In this document: piece after piece, positions 43,585 to 53,908 of the stretch
Position numbering within the stretch: position 1 is the first letter of the stretch
Layout of the letters: every line of letters starts with the position of its first letter
Source of the DNA: Tolypothrix carrinoi HA7290-LM1
GTDB taxonomy: Bacteria; Cyanobacteriota; Cyanobacteriia; Cyanobacteriales; Nostocaceae
Assembly: GCA_019358935.1 (NCBI GenBank)
Contig: JAHHIK010000021.1
Span: forward strand, 1-64,000
DNA: 64,000 bases
Reading direction: 5' to 3'
Position numbers and translations under genes: made by a program
The notes under the pieces: generated by a model
Seen by the model: only the letters and a program-made list of their open reading frames with translations
What the model was told of the DNA's origin: nothing
Databases searched by the model: none

Positions 43585-44145
43585 TCATTTATACAAACTC
43601 CGATATTCCCAAGGATTAATAAACTTAGCATCACTCCAAACGCCGCGTTTTTGTTGCTTCGCTTCGGCTTCAGCCTGTTCAACTAAATCTCTACTAGGAC
43701 ACTTATTTAAGTAAGGACGATACGCTTTTGCTAATCCTTCACGCAGCAATACTTGTTGAACTAAAGTGCCATTTTTTAAACGCACTTCGGCAACTTTTCG
43801 TCCGTAACGGTCGCTATCAGTAATATTTAAAGTGACGCGATCGCTACTTTGTTTGACTAGTTGCTGCACTCTTTCTTGCGCTTTCGCACCCCAATTAAAT
43901 TGATTGCGATCGCTTGCACGTTTACTTTCTCTTTCTTTTTTGGAATGCGGTACTTCTGGTGCATCCATACAAGCAAAGCGCACGGTGATATTGTTACCTT
44001 TGGCATCTTTGACTGTTAAAGTATCACCATCACTGATTCTTTCTACTACATTTCCAGAGGGTGGGAAGATGCGATCGCATCCCATCAAAGACAAAATCAG
44101 GATGGCTGCACAAAACCAAATTAGCGGCTTAATTAATTTCTCCAT
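43585..44145 (-). CDS. Thermonuclease (SNase) family lipoprotein
   Basis: DGDT, DAPE, DRYGR; lipobox LMGC. Confidence 0.93.
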   Translation of the reverse strand: MEKLIKPLIWFCAAILILSLMGCDRIFPPSGNVVERISDGDTLTVKDAKGNNITVRFACMDAPEVPHSKKERESKRASDRNQFNWGAKAQERVQQLVKQSSDRVTLNITDSDRYGRKVAEVRLKNGTLVQQVLLREGLAKAYRPYLNKCPSRDLVEQAEAEAKQQKRGVWSDAKFINPWEYRSLYK

Positions 44146-44333
44146 TTAAACTACCAAAATCTTCCTTTGGGATGATACTACTAAAATGGAAATTTACTAG
44201 TTTAACTTTTTTATTATGGTAGAGAATTTATAAATTGGCGCGTCACGATTTTATAACAAAGTAAAGTTATCATTCAAATTATCTTTGATTAGTATAGGTA
44301 ATGTAGACGACGCAAAATCAGCGGGAATCTTTG

Positions 44334-45080
44334 ATGAACTTATTTACGCATTTCATGCATTTGCTGGGTTCTGGTGTTGCGGCTTATTACTCTGCGAGTC
44401 AAATTCGCGATCGCAAAACGCGCCCCAACGTCCTGGCAGGATTCCAGCTAGCCGAATCTGGTTCAGTACCTTTTCTCGAAGCTTTAAGCCAACGTGCAGC
44501 GCAAGAAGGCGATACATGGCTGGCAGAGAAACTCGCAAAACACGCATCAGATGAAAATAGGCACGGTCAAATTTTTGCCCATGCCTTAAAACAGCTTGAT
44601 AAACAAGTGATTGATTTTAAGAGTTTGCCGAAGAAAACAGACGAAAAGAAATCACAACAAAATCGCAGTCCCTTTTTTGCTGCTTATTTTGAAGGTTATT
44701 CTCAAGAACAGCTAAAACCAGATGCCATTGACTGGAATGTATTTATGGCTAGCACCTACATTCTAGAATTGGATGCTAGCAAAGACTTTCGACGGATGGC
44801 GAACGTGTTACCTGATGATAACCCAAGCGATCGCAACCTCAAATTAGGAATGTTAAGCATTGCCACAGACGAAACCGGTCATGCTGCTTATCTTTACGAA
44901 GCAATGATGCGGCGGATGCCTGCTTTAGAAGTGCAGAAACTCACTACCGAGTGGCGCACCCGCAAAGTAAACGCCTTATTAGCAATGGTTGGCGGTATCC
45001 TCCAGCGCAACGGCAACACACCTTCCCTCGTACAAGATGCTGCACCAACAGAAAACGAGCCAGAATTGATTGTTGCTTAA
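44334..45080 (+). CDS. Ferritin-like domain protein
   Basis: DENRH and DETGH ExxH di-iron motifs. Confidence 0.85.
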   Translation: MNLFTHFMHLLGSGVAAYYSASQIRDRKTRPNVLAGFQLAESGSVPFLEALSQRAAQEGDTWLAEKLAKHASDENRHGQIFAHALKQLDKQVIDFKSLPKKTDEKKSQQNRSPFFAAYFEGYSQEQLKPDAIDWNVFMASTYILELDASKDFRRMANVLPDDNPSDRNLKLGMLSIATDETGHAAYLYEAMMRRMPALEVQKLTTEWRTRKVNALLAMVGGILQRNGNTPSLVQDAAPTENEPELIVA

Positions 45081-45107
45081 CACTTAAGCTAATAGGTAAA
45101 AATTAAG

Positions 45108-45195
45108 CCTTGGCGACTAGAAGTCGCACGCGGCTGTGCGCGTCTGCCGGGGAACCCGGACGCCGTGCATCTGGCGTGCGATTTTAATCGTCAGG
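45108..45195. repeat. Composite REP/SDR-like element
   Basis: CCTTGGCGACTAGAAGTCGC ... GCGATTTTAATCGTCAGG termini with nested hairpins. Confidence 0.6.
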
Positions 45196-45226
45196 TGCAT
45201 TCCGGTTACTTTTACCATTCCTGCTT

Positions 45227-45364
45227 TTAAGCGTTGGCAAACATCCCCAACATAGTTAACAATACAACTAATCCACACACCCAAAGTAGCAACGACCCCC
45301 AACTGACAGAATCTTGTTGTACTCTCTGCCACAAATTGGTAACTAAGTTATTACGAACAGCCAT
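45227..45364 (-). CDS. 45-aa small membrane protein (not in ORF track)
   Basis: MAVRNNLVTNLWQRVQQDSVSWGSLLLWVCGLVVLLTMLGMFANA; GGAGG RBS upstream. Confidence 0.65.
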   Translation of the reverse strand: MAVRNNLVTNLWQRVQQDSVSWGSLLLWVCGLVVLLTMLGMFANA

Positions 45365-45714
45365 TTTATCCCCTCCAAATTTTGCTAAACCTGTACTCAA
45401 CTCAAGTTAACTTCATCCTTGAAAGTAATAAGCTCAAAAATGCTTACTTCCAAAGACTAATTAACAGCGATTTAAATACATGGAAAAATGCAGCAGGGGC
45501 TAACGCGTTGCCTTGCCAAAACAAAAACTTACAAAAAGAAAATTTTTCTTTTTAACCTAATATTTATCTTCTCATAATTGAGCGTTTAAACTAGGAAAAT
45601 TTAAGAAACTTGAAAACATTCTTAACGCACTAAGATAACTCTTTAGTAGTCGGCGCTCTTGTTTGCTCTTCGCGCCGACACTTGTGGCAGTGCATAACTG
45701 AGGAATCACAACCA

Positions 45715-45822
45715 ATGGAAAAATTCAAGACTTTATTGCGGGTTCGGCACTACGAAATGGATGCTTTGGGACATATCAACAACGCCGTTTACCAAAACTA
45801 CTTAGAATCCCCACATGACTGA
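45715..45822 (+). pseudogene. Acyl-CoA thioesterase (4HBT/YbgC family) 5' fragment
   Basis: MEKFKTLLRVRHYEMDALGHINNAVYQNYLE then abrupt loss of similarity; GAGGA RBS. Confidence 0.85.
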
Positions 45823-45967
45823 TAAGGCGATCGCCTGTTCATCGGCTGCCCTAGGTATAATATTCGCTTATGAATCCCCACGTTTACCCGCCTCAGGAAG
45901 TAATTGACCCAAATATCCACCGACACCAACTTCGCGCCAAGTCTCCACTCGTTGGGGCGGAAGTTAT

Positions 45968-46163
45968 CCGCCTTCGGCGGAAGGCAGAAGGCAGAGGGCA
46001 GAGGGCAGAAGGTATAAATTATGTCTTTGATTCAGCCTTCTGGCTGGAGCCAACTGGGTATAAAACCCCACCGTCTACACGGTGGATTCAATCGGTTGGG
46101 GTTTGAATCCCCATCCGATTGCTCCTTCAGCATAGCTGCCTCCTGCCCTCTGCCTTTCTTCAA
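45968..46163 (+). mobile_element. 196-bp non-autonomous element, copy 2
   Basis: Same sequence as copy 1; follows GTTAT, ends TTCAA, no target duplication. Confidence 0.9.
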
Positions 46164-46244
46164 GATCTGCGATCGCCAACACATTCATCGCCAATTACCA
46201 AAATAATTACGATTACAGACCTAACAGTTAATCAGTACAGCATC

Positions 46245-46553
46245 CTAACTTTCATCCATTTTTTGCATGTGCTTTAGTTGCAGCTTGAGTTCTTTGATTT
46301 CATCAAAAAGCCGATTGGCTTTATGGTCGATTTTTTCCTCCAGTGCGTGCAATAGATAATCTACTCGCTCAAAACGTTCGGCATAAGTTTGAACATGCAC
46401 GCCAAAATTAAATTCGTTTTCAGCGATCCGCTTAATGAGTGATTTGTTTAACTCATCAATTGCATCATAAATCGCAGCCTCTACCTGAAATACTCGGTAA
46501 ACGACTGCAACCAGCGCCGCAAGTCCTAAAATAATGTCGAGATAATTTTTCAC
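46245..46553 (-). CDS. Hypothetical N-terminal TM + coiled-coil protein (phage/element-like)
   Basis: 102-aa ORF inside the decayed element. Confidence 0.6.
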   Translation of the reverse strand: MKNYLDIILGLAALVAVVYRVFQVEAAIYDAIDELNKSLIKRIAENEFNFGVHVQTYAERFERVDYLLHALEEKIDHKANRLFDEIKELKLQLKHMQKMDES

Positions 46554-46611
46554 TAATTCAGCGCAAGCAGAGTAGTGCGGCTCTTAAAAGAGCGATCGCT
46601 CCTCAAAAAAG

Positions 46612-46746
46612 CTTCAAGGCAAGGGCATTAGCTCTCACAGCACCAGGCGAACGTTTATTACAGAACTTCATAAAAGGGGATGCGATATCTACACGATCCA
46701 ACAAATTACCGGACACAAGGATTTAAATGAAAAAGCGATCATCTAA
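46612..46746 (+). pseudogene. Tyrosine recombinase/integrase C-terminal remnant
   Basis: GISSHSTRRTFITELHKRGCDIYTIQQITGHKDL (HxxR and GH box II); catalytic Tyr missing. Confidence 0.8.
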
Positions 46747-47626
46747 ATTCACCTTAGAGATCGCCTTTTTCAAGTGCAAATACAGAAACTCAGTAACCAT
46801 AATCGGAAGACTGGGTTTCTACCCCAAATAAAAATGAGGAGCAATCCAATAATGCCAGAAAAACCACGCTTCAAGCAAAGAGCAAAAAGTAATTGAAGTA
46901 TTTCGAGTACCAATATTACCAAGTTCAACCCCGACGGTAACGCCTCAACCGCCCAACCAGAGCGAATTACAGCCGATTGAAACCGAAAATAACCACCCCG
47001 AATTTGTCATTCTGGCTGTAAAAGCCTGCCTGGAAGCGGGTTTCAGCGATTCCAAAATAATAAAAGATATTTTGGATTATCGCGGTTCCTGCGGTTCCAG
47101 CGGGTAAAGAGTTGCTAGAACGAATTAAAGAGGAATTTTAATTTTTAAGCGATCGCGCTCTTGGTGTGTGCGATCGTGCGATCGCGCTCTCGACAATTCA
47201 AAAAGACGTAGCCCGTGCCGGGGTCTCAGTCAGGCTTGTAGGACACAAAGAACTTCGTAATTACCGCTCACTGGACTTAAGTTTACCGGATAAAACCGAC
47301 TCTAGAAGCAAGCGGCGATAAAAGTAAAATTAAGATTAAAAGTGGCTCTGACTTATGCCGTATCGCCTTCTAGCAGTGGGTTTTCACCCGCATTTTGTGT
47401 TAAGCGCTGCCGTCTTAATAATGAAATTGGTGCAATGCTGGGTACTCAGTTGGATGCCCAAAAAGCTGCGGGGCGCCCGGTTCGATTAGTGCGATCGCGC
47501 TGCAAAGTGCCAAAGCCGCAAAGTTACTATTTAAGGAATTAGTAAAGGTACTAGAGTGAAAATTTTGACCCCTATTTAGAGTTCGCTTTTTGATATAACG
47601 CTCAAAATTAAAATTAAAGTCCGAAT

Positions 47627-48334
47627 ATGAACCAAAGCAAGAATAATATAGATGTTCGCGCCATTTTTGACCGCATTGCGCCTGTTTACGATCAGTTAAA
47701 CGATTGGTTAAGTCTGGGACAACACCGCATCTGGAAGGAAATGGCAGTAAAATGGAGCGAAGCCAAACCTGGTGATACTTGCCTAGATTTATGTTGTGGA
47801 AGTGGTGATTTAGCTTTGCGTTTAGCGCGACGTGTGGGTGTCAAGGGAAGAGTTTACGGAGTGGACTTTTCCCCCAACCTGCTGTTAAGTGCCAGACAAC
47901 GCTCTAGAGCGCAATATCCCCAACCGCCTATCACCTGGGTAGAAGCAGACGTGCTAAATTTACCCTTTGAGGACAATTCTTTTGCCGCTGCGACAATGGG
48001 TTATGGTTTAAGAAATGTTACAGATATTCAACGCTGCCTGAAAGAATTACACCGCGTCTTGCAACCGAGCGCAAAAGCCGCAATTTTAGACTTTCATCGT
48101 CCAAGCAATTCGCAAATCCGCGCTTTTCAGCAGTTTTATTTAGATAATCTCGTTGTCCCGTTGGCAGACTATTTGGGTGTTAAGGAAGAATACGCTTACA
48201 TCAGTCCCAGCTTAGATCGTTTTCCCGTGGGCACAGAGCAAGTAGAGCTAGCTCGTCAAGTTGGTTATGCAACTGCCACACACTACCCCATCGCGAACGG
48301 TATGATGGGAATGCTGGTAGTCAGCAAAAATTAG
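47627..48334 (+). CDS. menG: Demethylmenaquinone/phylloquinone methyltransferase (UbiE/MenG)
   Basis: FDRIAPVYDQLNDWLSLG, LDLCCGSGD, YGLRNV. Confidence 0.93.
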   Translation: MNQSKNNIDVRAIFDRIAPVYDQLNDWLSLGQHRIWKEMAVKWSEAKPGDTCLDLCCGSGDLALRLARRVGVKGRVYGVDFSPNLLLSARQRSRAQYPQPPITWVEADVLNLPFEDNSFAAATMGYGLRNVTDIQRCLKELHRVLQPSAKAAILDFHRPSNSQIRAFQQFYLDNLVVPLADYLGVKEEYAYISPSLDRFPVGTEQVELARQVGYATATHYPIANGMMGMLVVSKN

Positions 48335-48441
48335 TGAAGAGTTAAGAGTCAGAAGTGATGAATTAACTCTTAACTCCTGTACAGACGTGACAGTGGAACG
48401 TCTCTACAACTGTGCTCCTCCTAACTCTTTTAATTCTTCCC

Positions 48442-49674
48442 TTGGATTGGTCTCATCTTTGGCTTTATGTGTCTCCCCCGGTAGTGGGTGGAATTATTGG
48501 CTATTTCACGAATGATATAGCCATCAAAATGTTATTTCGTCCCTACCGGGCACTTTACATTGGTACAAAAAGGGTTCCGTTCACCCCTGGATTAATTCCT
48601 CGCAATCAAGAACGCCTTGCGAAGAATATTTCTAATACAATTATGGGGTCGTTGCTGACACCCGAAGAATTGCAAAAGCTGGCACGGCGTCTGTTACAAA
48701 CAGAACGCGTGCAATCAGGGATTCTTTGGTTGTTGCAAATGGCGATCGAGCAAATTCAAGGCGATAAACAACATAAAAGTACGAAGATTGTCGCCGGAAT
48801 TTTGCGCGATTTGTTAGGAGAATCTTTGCCACGTCTGCTGAAGGTTTTGGCGCGACAAGAAGACTTTTTAGAAACGCAAATAAATCAAATTTTTGACCAA
48901 ATCTTACTGGAATTTCAACTGAGCGAAGAACAATCTACTCGGCTTGCGGATTGGTTATTACAAGTAGTTTTACCGCCAGATGCAATCCGCCAAATAATTA
49001 TTGATTTTTTGACCGATCGCACGATTCAAATTATTGATGAAAGCTTTCGCGAAAAAACCAGCGGTACTTATTGGGTAGTGGCGAATTTGTTTGGTTTACG
49101 CAATACTTTAACACGATTGCGGACATTTTGCTTAGATGAAAAAGAGGTGACAAATCAACGCATACAAGAATTAATTCAAGAATTGCAAATGCGCGATCGC
49201 CTCAGAAAAATCCTGCAAAATATATCTTTACAAAACTTGCCAATGGGGACGGTGCGCCAATTGCGAAAGACTACCCGCGAAAGTGTACGTCATTACTTGC
49301 AAAATAGCGGCAGTGATTTACTACAAGGATTAACTGATTCCGTTGACTGGGAAAATATTGCTTCATTATTGCTAAATCGTCTTAGTACTTCTCCGGTTGT
49401 TAGTTCTTCGTTGGATATGGTGAGTGAAGAACTAGCGCTAATTTTAGATAAGTATTTAGAAAAAGATTTAGAAAAGATTGTGGCTCAGACGATACCCATT
49501 TTGTCAATAGATCAAGTGATTGTCGATCGCGTCAAGTCAACATCACCCGCTGATTTAGAAGCAGCAATTGAGGGAATTGTCAAAAATGAATTGCAGGCGA
49601 TCGTTACTTTAGGCGGTGTTTTAGGTTTTATCGTCGGGTTATTTCAGATAGTGTTATTGGTATTTAGTCAATAG
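48442..49674 (+). CDS. DUF445 family membrane protein
   Basis: [28 protein letters not shown]. Confidence 0.9.
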   Translation: MDWSHLWLYVSPPVVGGIIGYFTNDIAIKMLFRPYRALYIGTKRVPFTPGLIPRNQERLAKNISNTIMGSLLTPEELQKLARRLLQTERVQSGILWLLQMAIEQIQGDKQHKSTKIVAGILRDLLGESLPRLLKVLARQEDFLETQINQIFDQILLEFQLSEEQSTRLADWLLQVVLPPDAIRQIIIDFLTDRTIQIIDESFREKTSGTYWVVANLFGLRNTLTRLRTFCLDEKEVTNQRIQELIQELQMRDRLRKILQNISLQNLPMGTVRQLRKTTRESVRHYLQNSGSDLLQGLTDSVDWENIASLLLNRLSTSPVVSSSLDMVSEELALILDKYLEKDLEKIVAQTIPILSIDQVIVDRVKSTSPADLEAAIEGIVKNELQAIVTLGGVLGFIVGLFQIVLLVFSQ

Positions 49675-49736
49675 AGATTTAAGAGAGCGATCGCACTTGA
49701 TTTAAAACTTGATGAAAAGAGCGATCGCTCTCGTTA

Positions 49737-50558
49737 TTATGCCTCACCTTCTCTAGAAAGCAATAACTCCACCTCTTGAAGTGATAAACCAGTCATTCTT
49801 ACCACTTCTTCCACAGCCATTCCGCTGTTGAGTAGATTTACTGCAACCAGCCGAACACCCTCTTGAACACCTTCGGCTTTACCTTTGGCTTCACCTTCGG
49901 CTTTACCTTTGGCTTCACCTTCGGCTACAGCCTCTTCCCAAATGTCTTGATAAATTACTGACTCTTTCATAATTTCACTCCGTAAGACTCTTTTAATCAG
50001 CTGTTTCTCTAATACTAAACCAGCTAAAATCGAAGTTGCAGCCGCGACATTACTTTGCAAGCGTTGGTTGGAAATTCCTTCTATTTCCTGTGCTACTTGC
50101 TGTAATGTGCTGTTTCTATCATTTGTTTCACCCAACACCGCAAACGGTAATAAACCTGGATAGCGCAAAAATACCTCCGCAGGTTGTTCCCACAGTCGAA
50201 TCACCTCAAACTCATGACGAGAACCAGGAATACTAAAGGTATTTTGCCGCACGAGTTCTGAACTTGTTTCTTTGAGGTAAATTACAACTTGACGCATCTG
50301 CTTTTGGGGAAAGCGACGATACACCCGCAACCGATAATCAATCATGCGAAAGGGAATATTTGCATCCGGTTGCGTTTGAAACTCCAAATGAAGCACGACC
50401 TCAGCCGATTCTAGTAAAATTAGTGCATCAGCTCTAATCGGTTCAAGTGAAAGTTCCGAAGGACTTAACTCTGTTAGAGAAATTGGTTCTCCTAACAGCC
50501 AAGTGGCAAAGTCGGTAGAGAAATTTTCGGCAAGAAATTTGCAAACATTATCGAACAT
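49737..50558 (-). CDS. Rpn family PD-(D/E)xK nuclease
   Basis: IRADALI, HLEFQT, FRMIDYRLR; C-terminal EGEAKGKA repeats. Confidence 0.88.
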   Translation of the reverse strand: MFDNVCKFLAENFSTDFATWLLGEPISLTELSPSELSLEPIRADALILLESAEVVLHLEFQTQPDANIPFRMIDYRLRVYRRFPQKQMRQVVIYLKETSSELVRQNTFSIPGSRHEFEVIRLWEQPAEVFLRYPGLLPFAVLGETNDRNSTLQQVAQEIEGISNQRLQSNVAAATSILAGLVLEKQLIKRVLRSEIMKESVIYQDIWEEAVAEGEAKGKAEGEAKGKAEGVQEGVRLVAVNLLNSGMAVEEVVRMTGLSLQEVELLLSREGEA

Positions 50559-50577
50559 TCCCAAATCCTACCATTAA

Positions 50578-51171
50578 CTAGCTGGCGAACTTCCTCTGCA
50601 TTCTCGGCGCAACTAGGCGAAGCATTATTGCTAAAACTAATAAGATAACTAAAGGTAAATAAATCAGCATTGACTGTTGAATTCTCAGGCTGAATTCCAA
50701 TGTAAAAGCTAACCATAAAAAGTGCATTCCTATAGTGTGCAAAATTTTCCAAGCACGTTGACCGATTAAAGCAGCCGGACGATTAAAGGATGTTATGGTC
50801 ATGGCAATAAGCAATAAATAACCGAAAGTGCCGCCAGGGTCAAATTTGGGAGTTAATCCAGAAGTGGCAAACCATAATCCGATCAGAGCGATCGCATGAT
50901 AAGTATGCGACACTGCCATTGATATCCCTAAATAACGGCGATTCTTTAAAAGCCATGCCGTGAAAGAATTTGACCAAATTCGCCGAAGTGCGGATGCGAC
51001 AAAAGCACCAAGAAATAGGATACACGAAGTACGAGCAGTAGCTCTGATTGCCATCCGCATTGCTTGCTCATCAATGCCATAAAATACCCAGATGACAGCA
51101 ACCATAGCACCAATCGCCAACGTTGAAAAACCAACGATATTCCAACCTTGAAAAGCGGTGGTATCTTTCAT
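50578..51171 (-). CDS. Ferric reductase-like transmembrane protein (MsrQ-like)
   Basis: NRRYLG, H..H, ITSF, WKILH. Confidence 0.75.
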   Translation of the reverse strand: MKDTTAFQGWNIVGFSTLAIGAMVAVIWVFYGIDEQAMRMAIRATARTSCILFLGAFVASALRRIWSNSFTAWLLKNRRYLGISMAVSHTYHAIALIGLWFATSGLTPKFDPGGTFGYLLLIAMTITSFNRPAALIGQRAWKILHTIGMHFLWLAFTLEFSLRIQQSMLIYLPLVILLVLAIMLRLVAPRMQRKFAS

Positions 51172-51362
51172 ACTTTCTTACTCCTGCTTTACTGCTGATT
51201 GGTATTCAATTTAGCGATCGCTTTGTGTCCCTGTCTTGCCTAATCTAACGAAAAATGTCTTAATCTTCACTTATATTGAAACTCCATCCCTTTATCGGTG
51301 AAGTTCTCCTGACTCGTACAGACGTTCCAATGGAACGTCTCTACCGCTTTTCCTGACTTCTT

Positions 51363-52217
51363 TTACAGCGCGTCTCGATATACCTTTGGTGTTGTTTTGG
51401 TATGTTCGCGAAACACTCTGGTAAAATGACTTTGACTTTGAAAGCCGACTTGGTGACAGATTTCTACAAGTGTCAATTCCCGTTTTAGCAATAATTGCTT
51501 TGCTTTATCTATTCGGCATTTCATCACATATTGATGCGGTGTCAAACCTGTTGATTGCTTGAATAAACTAGCAAAATAATGCGGACTCATCTGCACTGAA
51601 GCTGCAACTTCAGCTAAAGTTAAATTGTGGTCTAAATTTTCATTGATGTAATTTACAGCTTCCTTTAACCTATACTTGGGCAAACCACCTGTATAGTTTT
51701 TAATCTGCTGTTGACGTACAGAATATCTTCTCAGTAAATGCACTGAAAGCGCTGTTGCCATCGATTCTGCATAAAGCCGACTGTCAGCACCGGAGGCTTC
51801 TAACTCAGCTTTTAATGCCAACCCCATATGCTGAATTAAGGGGTCGCGTATGTGCCATTGCGGTACAATTTCGATATTATCTGCATCCACAGATTCACAA
51901 GCAACACGGTTAAAAATTGCAGGTTCAAGAAATAGTTCAACTAATGGAACTTCCCGATCAATCTGTGTCCTGGGGAAAGGTTGCGAAGCCGGGATAATGG
52001 CAATATCACCCTTGGCATAATCCACTTGCAGCCAACTTTCGTTTAACATATAGCTGGCACGAAAATTATCAAGAGCAATAACGATAAAGTGCCGACCCAT
52101 GTACATTTCCGGCGTTTCGTCGCATGGTTCTATTTCATATAGGAGGTTTAAGCCTTCCCATCCTGCCTCAAAGCTGGAGAGGAGATGTAAGTGTTCGGGA
52201 GGTTCATTATTAGACAC
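51363..52217 (-). CDS. AraC family transcriptional regulator
   Basis: FKQSTGLTPHQY, GFQSQSHFTRVF. Confidence 0.93.
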   Translation of the reverse strand: MSNNEPPEHLHLLSSFEAGWEGLNLLYEIEPCDETPEMYMGRHFIVIALDNFRASYMLNESWLQVDYAKGDIAIIPASQPFPRTQIDREVPLVELFLEPAIFNRVACESVDADNIEIVPQWHIRDPLIQHMGLALKAELEASGADSRLYAESMATALSVHLLRRYSVRQQQIKNYTGGLPKYRLKEAVNYINENLDHNLTLAEVAASVQMSPHYFASLFKQSTGLTPHQYVMKCRIDKAKQLLLKRELTLVEICHQVGFQSQSHFTRVFREHTKTTPKVYRDAL

Positions 52218-52347
52218 GGCTAAAGTCGGCTTTGATGATTTATATCGCGTGCTTGAGCGGCTTGTCGCTAGGATAATGCATATATAAGTCTAAAAATCAT
52301 CCACTATTTGAATATCTGTAAATAGATCGTTAAACAAAACCGATATT

Positions 52348-53742
52348 ATGCATTCCCAACTTACCGATGCCCAAAATTTGCTTTCTGACTTGATTGCCCG
52401 TTACTCATCTAGAGTAGATTATCTCATGATTCGCTTGGAAGAAGCAGAAGATACTGATATTTTGTTACGTGGTGACAAGATAGAAACTCTAAGCGAAGGT
52501 ATTTCAATAGGTGGACAAATTCGCGCTTGTTATAAAGGTGGCTGGGGTTTAAGTAGTTTTAACCAGTTAGCGACAATTAAAGACCGCATAGAAGAAGCGA
52601 TCGCCGCAGCGCGGATGGTTGGTGATGAAGAAACTATACTTGCCCCGATAGAAACAGTGCAAGCGATATGCACTTTACCGCTTACAGGTACTGACCCGCG
52701 AAAAATTTCTTTAGTGGAGAAAAAACAATTGTGCGATCACTACACCGATTTACTCAAAAGCGCTGACCATCGCATCACCACGACTTCAGTTAGCTATGGT
52801 GACAGTTCCCAAAGAATCATCCTTGCCACTTCCGAAGGCACTTTAATTGAGCAATCTTGGGTGGATATGGAAATGCGCTTTGCCGCTACCGCTAAAGACG
52901 GCGAAACTGTGCAAACTGGTAGGGAAACCACAGGCTCTCGTAAAGCTTATGAAGATTTAACACATTTGGATGAACAAGTCAAGAGTGCCGCTCAAAGGGC
53001 AGTAGCTGCTTTATCTCTGCCATCAGTCAAAGGTAATACTTACACTGTGGTGATTGATCCAATTCTCACCGGGTTGTTTGTCCACGAAGCCTTTGGACAT
53101 CTTTCTGAGGCAGATATGGCTTACGAAAATCCAGATTTGCTGGAAGTAATGACTATTGGTCGGCGGTTTGGTGCAAAAGAGTTGCAAATTTTTGATGGTG
53201 CTGCACCTCTGGGACATCGCGGTAGTTATTTTTACGATGACGAAGGCACACCTGCTACTACTACCCAACTGATTAAAGATGGCGTTTTGGTGGGACGTTT
53301 GCATTCTCGCGAAACCGCCGGCAAATTAGACGAAGCGCCTACAGGCAATGCACGTTGTCTCAATTATCACTATTCGCCAATAGTGCGGATGACGAATACC
53401 TGGATTGAAAGGGGTAAAACGCCAGTAAAAGATTTATTTACTGGTATCAAAGAGGGAGTGTACGCCCGTAATTGGCTGGGGGGAATGACAAACGGGGAAA
53501 TGTTCACCTTTAGCGCTGGGGAAGCGTGGATGATTAGAAATGGCAAAATTGCCGAACAGGTGCGGGATGTGACGCTTTCGGGTAACGTTTTTCAAACTTT
53601 AGCAGATATTGAAGCGATCGGTGATGATTTTTACTGGGATGAGTCTGGTGGTTGCGGTAAAGGCGGACAAGATGGTTTACCTGTCGGTTGTGGTGGACCG
53701 AGTTTAAGAATACGTGATGTGGTAGTTGGGGGGGAAGCTTGA
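52348..53742 (+). CDS. tldD: TldD/PmbA family metalloprotease
   Basis: HEAFGHLSEAD, DDEG, RMTNT, GCGK. Confidence 0.93.
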   Translation: MHSQLTDAQNLLSDLIARYSSRVDYLMIRLEEAEDTDILLRGDKIETLSEGISIGGQIRACYKGGWGLSSFNQLATIKDRIEEAIAAARMVGDEETILAPIETVQAICTLPLTGTDPRKISLVEKKQLCDHYTDLLKSADHRITTTSVSYGDSSQRIILATSEGTLIEQSWVDMEMRFAATAKDGETVQTGRETTGSRKAYEDLTHLDEQVKSAAQRAVAALSLPSVKGNTYTVVIDPILTGLFVHEAFGHLSEADMAYENPDLLEVMTIGRRFGAKELQIFDGAAPLGHRGSYFYDDEGTPATTTQLIKDGVLVGRLHSRETAGKLDEAPTGNARCLNYHYSPIVRMTNTWIERGKTPVKDLFTGIKEGVYARNWLGGMTNGEMFTFSAGEAWMIRNGKIAEQVRDVTLSGNVFQTLADIEAIGDDFYWDESGGCGKGGQDGLPVGCGGPSLRIRDVVVGGEA

Positions 53743-53908
53743 TTGAGTTAGGAGTTAGGAGTTAGGAGGCGCGGAGTTATGAGTTGTAATTGAATAATTT
53801 TGATTACAATAAAGCTAAATTAAGCAAGCTTGCACCATCAAAGAATTAGGCTAAAAATAGCTTTGATTATTTAGAAAAAGCATCGATTAACACGCAAGGA
53901 CTTCTTCA

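Noticed and set aside
43585..45080. Nuclease plus ferritin-like genes as a defence system
   Set aside because: Divergent, common stand-alone families; nothing in the sequence links them
46021..46206. ORF MSLIQPSGWSQLG... appearing twice in the track
   Set aside because: Reading frame across the non-coding 196-bp element; no transposase motifs
47455..47500. GGTTCGATT, resembling a tRNA T-loop near the element edge
   Set aside because: No cloverleaf or acceptor stem can be formed
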